Part shown: piece by piece, positions 24,482 to 36,317 of the stretch | How the letters are laid out: each line of letters starts with the position of its first letter | How positions within the stretch are numbered: the stretch's first letter is position 1 | DNA from: Paraspadella gotoi | Lineage: Eukaryota > Animalia > Chaetognatha | Length of the DNA: 64,000 bases | Direction of reading: 5' to 3' | NCBI GenBank assembly: GCA_051294375.1 | Contig: CM119266.1 | Location: forward strand, 3,352,030 to 3,416,029 | Translations under genes and position numbers: made by a program | The notes under the pieces: model-generated | The model's database searches: none | The model's input: only the letters and a program-made list of their open reading frames with translations | What the model was told of the DNA's origin: nothing

Positions 24482-26489
24482 CCTCTCTCTCTCTCTTTCT
24501 CTTTCTCTCTCTCTCTTCCTCCGGATCTTGATCTTGATCGAGGCCGTTCCATTTACTTTTCGGATTGTCTTTTCTAAAACTATTGTAAACTATCTCTTTA
24601 GGATTCTAGAACTTCTTTCACACGAAACGAATTTTGGGTTGTTTATTGTTAGTTTCAATTTTAAAGTGGAGAAATCTCGCTCTCTCTCTCTCTCTCTTCT
24701 CTCTCTCCTCTCTCCCATCTCTCTCTCTCGTTCTCCCTCTCGTTCACTACTTCAAAGATGATCCGCATTTATAACGACCCAAAGAATTCAACTTTTACAA
24801 CGCCCTATCCTCCTCCTCCTCCTCCTCCTCCTCTCTTCTTCTTCCTCTTCGGCTCTTTCACATCGTGACAGCCACAGGGGTGAGACCCAAATTAAACACG
24901 ATAAAAAGTGAAACTCTTCACGCGAAAGTTTTCGCTTCATTGTGAGCATTAAAACGTTTGATCGATTTTCTTTAGGGACTTTTAAATTCCTTTTGTATTT
25001 AGATGCCAGGATTATTAACTTAACTTATTAATTATTTAATCAATTCAATTTATTTATCAATCAATAAATCAATAAATCAATAAATCAATAAAATCAATAA
25101 ATCAATCAATCACGAATCAATCAATCAACCAATCAATCAATCAATAAAAGTCAATCGTTATCGGCATTAATGTCGTCGTCGCCATCATCTCGTCATTGCT
25201 TTTGTCGTGGTTAGTGACAAAAGACCAAAAAATTAAACATTTCGGATCAAATTGTTTGCTCAAACTTGTTTAAGTTTAATTATAAAAAACATATTATAAA
25301 CTGAATCAAACCTCAATATAGTTTGTTTCGCTTGTTATTAACATTATATTCTGTTTTCGATTTTGCCGAGATTTGACACTTGGTTGACCCCAGAGTTGAC
25401 CTTCCCTGACCTCACGGTAAATTCCGTTTCTGACCCAGACTTTTTTTGTTCGAGCGGATCCGAGCTGGCGCCGGTCGTCGTCGTTCGTCGTCGTCGTCGT
25501 CGTCGTCGTTCCGCTGCTGTCGTGTCTCGATCTCGAGGTGATTTCGATAAAAACAACAGACGACGACGATACGTAAAATACGATACCGTATTAGTAACTA
25601 GTAAACTAAACTTTGACATATTTTTTATGAACTTATTCTTTAAAGATCACGAAATGGATATCACAATAAGAACAGCAAATGACTAGTGATGCGATGTTGA
25701 ATTTACTGGAAGTCTTCTCGTCTAATTCTAAACAACGAATGGAAACAAATTCTCAACTCGTGTAATGAATAATATTACGGGACAGTTGACCCCATCGCTA
25801 GCAGCAGTATCTGTCAGCAGTATCTTCCAGCAGTATCTTCTCAAGCCTTTACCACTGGATTCAAAAATTCAGGAACTAAAGTTGTTCAAAAAGACGGGAA
25901 ATTCTTCCGGAACAATAGATACATGGTACAGTTTTACAAGCGCCGCTAAAAAAAACGCTGTCATTTGCAAACACCTTGAATATTTTTCAATGTTAAATAT
26001 GAATTTAAAAGTGAAAACCCAAACTATATATATGCACAATTTTATCAGAATTCGACTTTGATATGCCTCAGTAACGATAGCTTTGGCTCCCCTTTAAATT
26101 AGGTAATATAATATTTTGTAAGGTTTTAAAAGCGAAAGAAACTGTGAAGTTGTGTGATGAAACAACCCTCTGAACCATCTTCCTAACCAGTCTTAGCCGT
26201 CGGGCCCTCCCTTACCCCCCGCATTTTGAGGCCATCTTCCCCTTTTCTCCCCATCCCGATTAGACCACACTGAGCACCCACTCGGCTTTGGTCGCTGAAG
26301 CTTAAATCCTAGACTCACCCAGTCGCCTTCTCTTCAATTCTTTACGCTTCACTTACTTTCTAATCTGTGAATCACCAGTTTCGCTCTCTTCCTTTTCCCG
26401 TCTCTCTCTCTCTCTTGCTCTCTCTCTCTCTTTTCTCTCTCCTTAAACACTTGCGTGAGCAAGAAAGGGAGAAGGGAAAGAGAGAGAAA

Positions 26490-26520
<31 letters not shown>

Positions 26521-27094
26521 AAAGAGAGACAGGGAGAGAAGAGAAGGAGAAAGAGATGGGATGAAAGATCGAGGGAGAAGGGAGAGCGAGAGAGAGACTT
26601 GCTTCACTTTTTTCAGAAGTTGCTCGCCGATGGAAAATCTTTGTACGGAAGAGATAGGAAGAAAAACCGTAGGCGATTTCCTTGAGAAAGGAAGTGAAGA
26701 TAAAAAAGAGAGGTTGAAGGAAAGATTTTGAGGAAAGAGAAGTAAAACAAAAGAGAGGTTGAGGAAAGATTTTAGAAAAGAGACAGTAAAACAAAGAGAG
26801 AGGTTTAAGAAAGGAAGAGCAATAGTTGAGAAAATCTCCGAAACAAAAATTCTTAACCAAAAGAAGTGATGGAGAAAGGAACATAAAAAAGCAGTGACGA
26901 ATATCTGTAGAAAATTGGCGAGACTCATTACAGTATTATACTATATTATACTATCCTTATCATACTGTCCTATAAGAAAATTAATCGACGGAGTTAAGCC
27001 AAAGGTCGAGATTTGTTTTGAAGTTGAAAAATGAGCTCCAGTGAGCGAGGATTGACTTTTAGCGAGAGAGAGAGGAGAGAGAGAGACTGCAGAA

Positions 27095-27128
<34 letters not shown>

Positions 27129-27140
27129 AGAGAGGAGAAG

Positions 27141-27176
<36 letters not shown>

Positions 27177-27744
27177 TGTTCTTGTTTTTCTAGTTATGCT
27201 CATCATTTCATTTTCATTTATTTACATTTATCTATAATACGATAATATTTGAATAACTTTTATAAAAAATATTAAGTACCTTCTCTTTCAAAATACAAGA
27301 TATGATGAAATACCAAAGAAAGAAAGAAAGTAAGAGAGCAAGAAATAAGGAAAAGGAAAAAAAGAAAAAGAAAGAAAAAAAGAAGAAATAAAGAAAAAAA
27401 AGAAAAGAAAAGAAAAAGAAAGAAAAGAAAAGAAAAGAAAGAAAAGAAAAGAAAGAAGAAAGAAGAAAAGAAAGAAAAGAAGAAGAAAAGAAAAAACCGA
27501 AAAGGTAAGGTCGAAGTAAGGACGCCCGGCCCGCTCGGCCCGTATCCGTCGGGGAAAGAATGTTTTGTTTACGATTTCCTCGTTGGTTCTCGATTGTTCA
27601 CTGTTATCCACGAAGTTCGGACGCGCGAGCTCAAACTTTTTTTTTCCTTTTTATCTCAACTCCTTTTTCCCCCTTTATTTACACGTCTCGCATCTTTTCT
27701 CTCTCATTTTCTTTTCTCTTTTCCTGGCTAACTGTTTTCGCCAA

Positions 27745-27817
<73 letters not shown>

Positions 27818-28570
27818 AGATCACAGCCTTTTGCACAAAACCCTAATGTTTTAGATTAAATAAATAGTTATATGCTTTATTAAGGACCACTGCGGAGATA
27901 ATAAAAATTTCGAATATTAGCAAAGTTTTTTTTAGTTGTCTTTGAAATTTATTTAACAATCATTTAAAAAAAAAAATTACATTATATGTCTTGATAAATA
28001 TATTAAATGTTACTCATCTCTTTTTTCGTATTTAAATTTTTTTTTCAGGAATCTGAAATTTTCGATGGATTCTGATAGAGCAAATAAAAGTTAAACAAAG
28101 AATATAATTACAGCTTTTAAAAATTTCTACGCTTTTTAAGTAAAAATATAAAAAACTGATAAAATTATCGAAAGATGATGATGATGACGATTTTATCGTT
28201 TTTTTATATTTTGACTCACTATTTTAAAAATGAATTATACTTTGTGTAGACAACTTTTTATGAGCCTATTATCTGAATCTTGTCTTAAAAGTTCTCAAAA
28301 TTTTTTTGGCCTTCCTATTTATAAATAAATATAAAAAATATATAAGAAATTTTGTTGTCCATTGAAAGTATACTTAAAAATGTATAAATTTTCGTTTGAG
28401 CAATTACTCATTCTAAATTTTTGACTCACCCCCATTGTGTGGGGCACCCCTAGCTTTAGCTTAAGCTCTTAGTAGTTTTTCACGAATACTAAATAGCCTT
28501 TGATATATCCGATTATGAAAGTATATTGGTGAATACTGAGAGACAGTAATTATTGTATGTGTTAGTGACA

Positions 28571-28743
28571 AACCGTTCAATATAAGCAGTCCCTGAGCTT
28601 CGGATCAGGCTGTAAACACCATGTTACAGGCGGGTTATGCGCCCCGTCCTCTTTAACTGCCAGACGACACGGGCAAGAACCCGGACTTTTGGTTGGGAGG
28701 CGAATGACTTGCCTCCGGCACCAATGGCCGCTGATGAACGGTT
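28571..28743 (-). mobile_element. tRNA(Gly-like)-headed SINE-like element carrying a twister
   Basis: The head (28731-28663) has A-box-like TGGTGCCGGAGG, TCGCCTCCCA (as in the tRNA-Gly-CCC anticodon arm), B-box-like GGTTCTTGCCC and an acceptor-stem-like pairing. The whole unit is bracketed by the 9-bp inverted repeat AACCGTTCA/TGAACGGTT. Confidence 0.65.
28586..28660 (-). ncRNA. Type-P5 twister ribozyme variant inside a tRNA-headed element
   Basis: GCAGUU AAA GAG GA CGG GGCGCA UAA CCC GC [P3 CUGUAACA/UGUUUACAG] CCUGA UCCG AA GC UCAGG GACUGC. Pairings: P5 6 bp, T1 CCG/CGG, T2 GC/GC, P4 5 bp. Predicted cleavage is 28637/28636. Confidence 0.72.
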
Positions 28744-29954
28744 GGTGGATTTTAGTCCACCATAATACTTATATTCGCTATTGAAATAGTATGTACATGT
28801 ACATTGTACATATAAAGGCTTTAAATATATGGCTTTATTGTATATTTACAATGTTACCTATAAAAACATAAATTAAGGCTAAACTTATTACATGGCGATG
28901 AGAAGGCGACACATGTTTATTTGTTTATAGACGGCCATAGATAAGCGGCGCAGCGGCAGCGGCAGCGAGCAGCGGCACCCGCAGCCGCAGCGAAAGTCAA
29001 GTTAGAAACGCAGGCAGACTGCAATTGCACAGAGGGAGTTCACTCAAGAAACTTACGGGACCAGATTGAAATTCGTTCAGATATCTATACTATATTATAT
29101 TAAACCAATTTATGAACCGTTATCCAGAATTCAAACTAATGCCGCTCTAATCCTCTCTCATTCTAATTCCTAAGTTTTTAGACCTTAATTAATTAAGGCT
29201 TAATGGCAGGACCCCTGCACTAATCACTAACCTGTGCCTTGGATGACTAAATAACTTTAATGACTAAAAGACTGAACACTTCAAATTCATTTATAGCATT
29301 TTATGACTGAAAGACTAAATGACTGGATTCTATTCAAGTCGTCTAATCACACTTAGAATAAATACAGTAAATATTGTATCATCTGCGTTTAAGTTTATAT
29401 ACAAAATTTAGGAAAATAACATATTAAAATATAGAATAACGAAAAGTCATTCATAAAACTTATCGTGCGGCTTTCGATCGGGTTTTTCGTGCGACCGAAA
29501 TCTCTATCGCCTCACCTCCACTTCTCTCCTTTTCAATCATGAACTTACCTTTTTTCACTCTCTTATTATATTCCTTTTCTTACTGTTTTTTTGCACCTCG
29601 ACGAACTTGTTTTCCGACGGCATCAATATGAAGCCTTACTCGTCTTTGTTTTAGTCTTTAACTTACCTCTGCTCACCACCAACTTAATTCGAACGAGACT
29701 CGCCCTTCTTCCATTTCAAGAATGAGAAACCGGTTTATGGCGACTGTCGACCGACAGCAACAACAACAACAACAGCGAACAACACGACAGGAAATCAGTT
29801 TTGGTCAAACTTCTAATTTTTTCGACTTGAAAAAATTGTTTCCTCAGTTTTACTGACTCTTAAATTCCAAAAGTAGAAATCGTCTTTCCCGTGACGTTAA
29901 CAGACATTTTTCTGTTACGGACTTTTTTGGATCGATCCGAAAAAAATATAAAAT

Positions 29955-30315
29955 TTAAAATGATGCAAGTTGAAAAATGATGCGAATTTGAAAAATTATG
30001 CAAGTTGAAAAAATGATGCTAAGTTGAAAAAAATGATGCGAATTTGAAAAGATTATGCTAATTGAAAAATGATGCAAGTTAAAAAAATGATGCGAGTTAA
30101 AAAAACAATGCAAGTTGAAAAAAATAATAATAGTTAAAAAAAATATTTTTTTTACCATAGTAAAACAGTTCAGTTTAATCCTTGTAAGCGATTTACATGT
30201 ATTGGCGCAACCATTGGTTTTGGTTGTACGATGATATAGTTAGGATCTATATATGATAGCTGATTACAGCTTAATTATCGTAGGCAGATCCGATATTATA
30301 TTTGCTGAACCTTGT
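29955..30315 (+). mobile_element. 3' part of the Helentron/DINE-1-like family, with ~19-bp tandem array
   Basis: AAATGATGCAAGTTGAAAA units followed by GCTGATTACAGCTTAATTATCGTAGGCAGATCCG...CTTGT, homologous to 5905-6173. Confidence 0.6.
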
Positions 30316-30530
30316 TGAATTTAGATTCCAAACTATAATTTTATTTAACTTTTAATTTAACGCCTTTGTCGGACTTTGATTGAATTCAAAATTAAACATC
30401 CGACAATAAAACTTAAATTCTAGATTCAAACTATCGTCGTCGTCCTTTTCGCCTCGGATTAAATCAAATATGGCCGACAAATTCTTGATCAAAGTCTTTT
30501 GGAATGAGTTTCACTCTCTCTCTCTCATCT

Positions 30531-30563
<33 letters not shown>

Positions 30564-30726
30564 TCTCTTCTCTCTCTCTCTCTCTCTCTCGTCTCTCTCA
30601 TCGCTTCCTCCAATATGGCGACCAACGCCGACGTTCTCAAATTCCGAATTACTGGAATAGTGTTCCAGCTTCCGTCCGATGGCACCGGATTTGCTGCGCT
30701 GNNNNNNNNNNNNNNNNNNNNNNNNN

Positions 30727-31406
30727 CCTCTCCTTGACTGAAAGTAAGAGAGATTTGTTACCCGAAGTACCAAAAAGTTTGCAAGTACAATATTTTAGAA
30801 CAGTTTAACTTTAAACCTAACAACTTCAAACTGAATAATATTGATATCAAAATTTAAATTTTACTCAAACAAATGTTTAGCCTACCAAATATTTTTGGTA
30901 TGAATTTTCTTTTGCAATATTATTTACTGGCAATATGGCATTTAGAATATAGTATAATTATATTTATATATATAAAGGAAGTATATATGAGTAATTATAT
31001 ATATATATATACTAAAATTTTTATATTTTTATAGAAAGTAATTGCATATTGAAGTAAATCATATATTAATAAGAAAGAATTCAAAACAAAAATACTTTGA
31101 TTAGCATATGAAACATAACAATTGTAAAAATGTAAAAATGAAAAAGCCATATTCTAAATTTTTATAAAAATCTATCCGTAATTCGTAGTAGTTTTTATTT
31201 AAAATAAAAACAAAAAAAAAACTCTAAGAAAAAGGCGTGACGCCGACGGACAACGACGACGTTCACAAAGAAGCAAAACAGATCCAAAATCGTCTGGCGA
31301 GATAAAAAAAGAAATAAAAAAGAAATAAAAAAAGAATGTTTTTGTTATTTTTCATGTCGCACGATGACGCGAGGTTGCGGGGGCGATCAACGGAAAAAAC
31401 GTGGGA

Positions 31407-31445
<39 letters not shown>

Positions 31446-31796
31446 TTTGCTTCCAACATTTAATCTCTTAAAAAATCAGACCAACCTTTCCTTTTTCCAC
31501 CAAACAAGCTTACCTCCCTCCAACTGGTTGCTTGCTCGTAACTCGGAGGGAGTGGTTCCGCTTGTCCAGAGAGTTGGAGGCGAGACTTCCGGCGACTTTG
31601 TTTTTGAAGCTGTTGTTGAGGGATCGGTTGAGGGATGTCGACCTGAAGAGAGGAAGGAGGCCGAAGAGGTTGTGGAAGGGTGAGCCGTTAGGGTCAGAAG
31701 AGAAGCCGAGGGTGGAGAAAAAGGTTAATATATAATAGTGAGTGTAGAGAATTTGAGAAACAAAAATTTATTTGATAATAAAATAATAATAATATA

Positions 31797-31839
<43 letters not shown>

Positions 31840-32039
31840 TAATAATATAATAATATAATAAATAATAATAATAGACTTGTTAGTTTTCCTTTCTTTTTCG
31901 TTGGTGTATGATTTAGAGACAGAAAAAATTGATTTTCAAAACGAATTGTTTTTATTAAAGATGCAGACATGTTTCGAATAATTGTTTTGTTCATCATCAG
32001 TGCATTTAGACAATTTGAAATACAAAACTTTGCCAAGTC

Positions 32040-32079
<40 letters not shown>

Positions 32080-32279
32080 AGAAGAGAGAGAGAGAGAGAA
32101 GAAGAAGAGAGAGAGAAGAGAGAGAGAAGCGAGCGCGTAGAAAAACCCAAGGGCGGACCAGGAGAAAAAATGTCTCGGCGCCAAATTTGAAAATGGTCCC
32201 TTGGAAAATTTGGAACATGAAAGCCGTGTTCAAAGTGGCCCTTCAAAGTGGCCCAGCTGTGTACAAGGCATTAGCGCGG

Positions 32280-32367
<88 letters not shown>

Positions 32368-35300
32368 CTTCCAACAAAGGGTTGAGAGAAAGTGAACAGT
32401 CAGAGGGCGAGAACAGCTGAAGTTTTGGTTCAGATAGAGAGAGAGCAGGAGGGAAAAGAAAATAAAGGTCAAATGAGAAATAATGCAGAGGTAATGAATT
32501 TTACATTGAAATAATAAAAACTAAAAAGTAAAATAATAATAACAACAGGTGAAATAAATAATAGTTTTGTAATTTGTTAATAATGAAAGGAAAATTGAAA
32601 TTTGTAAGTAAAAGGAGAAAGGTAAAGAAAGAAGCTCAAAGTGAGCAAAAAACAATTGTTCGAAACATGTCTGCCTCTTTAATAAACAAGCAGAACAGCT
32701 TTTAAACCTCAGATTCTCTGATAATGTTCCATAATTGCCCGGGCCACCCCCCCCATTTCCAACCCCCTGGCCCCCCAATTGCCAACCCCCAACCCCTAAC
32801 CCCCGCTGGCCAGTGGCACCACAACCTCTGGTTTGGGGTCGCGGAAGTTCGTCCGGCGCCGAATCCTGGCGCCGCAATTTCCGTCGGGCGCGATCCGGCA
32901 GAACACGACGGCGCTGACGACGACGATGACGAAGAGGACGACGCTGACCAGCACGACGATGACGAGCAACTTGTGTTCCTGAAGGAAGATGGATTAGAAA
33001 TTAGAATTTGGATTAGAATTTGAATTAGAATTATGGATTAATTGTGATATATTTTTATATTAGATCTACCAATTTTATTAGTTATAATTATCATTAAATG
33101 ACGATCTTGGATCTTATGTTCTCTCTCTCGCTCTCCTCTCTCCTCTCTTCTTCCTTTGCTCTGACTCTTAACTATTCATTTGGCCTGAAGATAATGTGTC
33201 CAAAAGATCCAAATATTGGTCATTAAATAAACATTGTACCTGTACTCCCATGTGTAATCTTTAACTAATTATCGTTATTAGTTATAACTACTATTATTAG
33301 TTATAATGGTTATTATTAGTTTTAATTATTACTACTATTATTAAATCCAAGTAAATATTCATCGCGAAAAAAAAAAATACAGTCACGTCTCTCTCTCTGG
33401 TCTTGTTTCTTATATCTTGTTTTACGCAGCAACGGCACGACGTATTGTTAGATTTCTATTCAAGTAATGGAGTAATGGATTGGACCTTAAACACCAAAGC
33501 CTGTCCAAAGTCAGGGCAAGATAGCTTAATTTATAAATGAATGGATAATTTTTTATATTGGTTGTACAATTTCATAATAATTCAGCTCCTTGTATTTTGA
33601 TGGCTAGTGCGGATAACAATAAGTATTCCCGGCGATCTAATACTTAAGGGAGTGGTCTTTTTCATACAATTGAAACATTCTTTGAATATTCTTCGCACTT
33701 CATGCATAGGGAAGCCAGCTGTACTGCTGGGATGTGAATAAACGAGACTGTGAGAGAGTCTTGATTGAAAGCTTGCAGGGAACCTGCTATGTCAATTATC
33801 TTGTAAGAGTGATGGAGCATTAAACCAGCCACAAGCCTGTCCAAAGTCAGGGGCAAGATAGGCTTATTTATTAAATGATGGATACATTTTTATATTGGTT
33901 GTACCAATTTCATAAAATTCAGCTCCTTGTATTTTGAATCTAGTGCGGAGTACATAAGTATTCCCCACGATCTAATACTTAAGGGAGTGGTCTTTTCATA
34001 CAATTGAAACATTCTTTAAATATTTTCCACTTCATTGATAGGGAAGCCAGGTACTCCTGGGAGTGAATAAACGTAGACTGTGAGAGAGCTTGATTGAAAG
34101 CTTGCAGGGACCTGCTATGTCATTATCTTGTAAGAGTGATGGAGGCCTAAACCACGCAAAGCCTGTCAAAGTCCGGGCAAGATAGCTTATTTATTAAATG
34201 ATGGATAATTTTTATATGGTTGTACCAATTTCATAAAATTCAGCTCCTTGTATTTTGATGCTAGTGCGGAGTACAATAGTATTCCCGATCTAATACTTAA
34301 GGGAGTGGTCTTTCATACATTGAAACTTCTTGAAAATTTTTCCACTTCATTGATAGGGAAGTCAGGTCTCTGGGAGTGAAATAACGAGACTGTGAGAGAT
34401 CTTGATTGAAGCTTGTCAGGACCTGCTATGTCATTATCTTTAAGAGTGATGGAGGCCTTAACCACCAAAGCCTTCCAAAAGTCAGGGGCAAGATAGCTTA
34501 TTTATTAAATGAATGGATAATTTATATTGGTTGTAGCAATTTCATATTAAATAATTTTAATTTTAATGCATGTAGGGTTCATTAATTTATTTGAATTCAA
34601 TATATGGATATCCTTAGCATTAATTATACCTCCAAGACCAGGTAAAAAAGACGAAGGACGGAAACAAACGTTTTCAATTCTTCGGATTTGATCTCGCCTC
34701 CAGTTTGCTTTCAGTTTCGGCCTCCGCCCATGGCGCTGTTGTTGTTGTTGTTGTTGTTTTGTTGTTAACCGTCAGCGATGGTGAAAGCAAAAAGTAAGAA
34801 AGAAAAATCCAAGACGAAGGAACGAAAACTGAACTTCATCGTTCGCCACGATTTTCACTGACTTTGGGGCGACGTTCGTAAAATTTGTTGTATAAACAAA
34901 CTGATACACTTAAGTCATTAAATTGTTTTTTTTCTTTTTTCAGCTTATATGTGTCATGTTTTTTCGTGTTTTTTTTTAATGTGGAGAAAATGTTTAGAAA
35001 AAAAATCCTTAACGAAGGATTTAACTCAAATTTTAGACATTTTTTTTTTTTAGTTCAAATTTATCTTTCTTCCCTTTTTTTGTAATTCGATTTGTATCTT
35101 TCTTGAAAAGTATATTATTTGTTTTTGTTTTTTTTATTTTTCTTCTTTTGCTGAGAAACTCGCGTGATTTCGTTTATCCTTCTGTTTTTGTGAATCCGCG
35201 AGATTAACATGGCGGCCGTGAGTAGAGAACGAGAACGAGAGAGAGAGGAGAGGGAAGAGAGGGAGAGGAGAGAGAGAGAGAGCCCGAAAAGTGAGAACAG

Positions 35301-35401
35301 AGGCTGAACAAGAAAAGTCACGGGGCAGAAAAGCAGCGAACTTCGTCGTCGTTTTCGTCGTCGTCGTCTTCATCATCATCGACGTCGTTATCTCTGACGA
35401 G

Positions 35402-35447
<46 letters not shown>

Positions 35448-35656
35448 TCCTCCCCCTCAAAAGGTCCGTCGTCGGGGTGACTCGGGGCGTGGGCGTGAAG
35501 GAAATACGGTGAATTGTAACCGGTCATGAATGGATGAAAATGAACGAAAATGGACGAAAATGGACGAACTGAGCAAGAAAAAAGGGATAAAAAAGAGGGA
35601 ATGCGATGACGACCTGGAAACGAAAAAAGGGAAAAGGTGGGATGTTTGCTGAGTAT

Positions 35657-35711
<55 letters not shown>

Positions 35712-35888
35712 AGAAGGAGAGAGAGAGAGGAGAGAGAGAGAGCTTCCGATTTATGCTACTTCACGTCTTTCGTTCGTGATTTTCATTCATGAGCTCATAT
35801 CTTTTTTTTTAAGATCAGAAAGACAAATGAGAGGAATGAATGAAATGAACAAAGAAAGGATTGAGAAAAAGTGAATGAGTGAATGACC

Positions 35889-35954
<66 letters not shown>

Positions 35955-36005
35955 AATTGAGGGAAAAATTGGGCGATCGTACGCCAAGGTAAGACATCCA
36001 CAATT

Positions 36006-36077
<72 letters not shown>

Positions 36078-36186
36078 AGATTAAACTTGAAAACAATAGT
36101 ACCCCAGTCCATATTTTTTTCAGCAAAAATATTCTACTCTTAAATTCTGGCTTGAGAAAGGATAAAAGCTGCTCTCTCTCCTATCT

Positions 36187-36243
<57 letters not shown>

Positions 36244-36317
36244 ATTATTTTCACAAAGCCTCCACTTTCTTATTCTTTCTTCCAAATTCCTGAATTTGTT
36301 TCGACTTAAAAAAAAAA
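30727..36317 (+). repeat. Partial noisy copy (B) of 19884-24190, bounded by N-gaps
   Basis: Colinear with copy A, with many 1-nt indels. It starts after a 25-N gap and carries an extra ~1.08-kb array. Confidence 0.9.
33464..34545 (+). mobile_element. ~320-bp tandem repeat (3.3 units, 4 twister motifs); retrozyme-like
   Basis: AAGAGTGATGG recurs at ~33805, 34132 and 34442, with a degraded copy at ~33466. Each unit contains the twister motif with P5 extended to TATCTTGT/GCAAGATA. The array is absent at the homologous sites ~22443 and ~47641. Confidence 0.8.

Noticed and set aside
25650-26061. Coding-like stretch, possible transposase remnant
   Set aside because: Stops occur in the plausible frames and I recognise no motif.
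28592-28615. Pistol-like TGAGCTTCGGATCAGG hairpin on the plus strand
   Set aside because: There is no P1/pseudoknot partner. It is the reverse complement of twister P4/L4.
28731-28795. CTGATGA...GAAA hammerhead core on the plus strand
   Set aside because: Stems I, II and III cannot be formed around the core.
33885-33925. Sm-site plus hairpin (SL RNA or snRNA), or a minus-strand hammerhead, in the 320-bp unit
   Set aside because: There is no leader-donor arrangement, and CUGANGA and stem I are missing. The twister fold explains the conserved part better.
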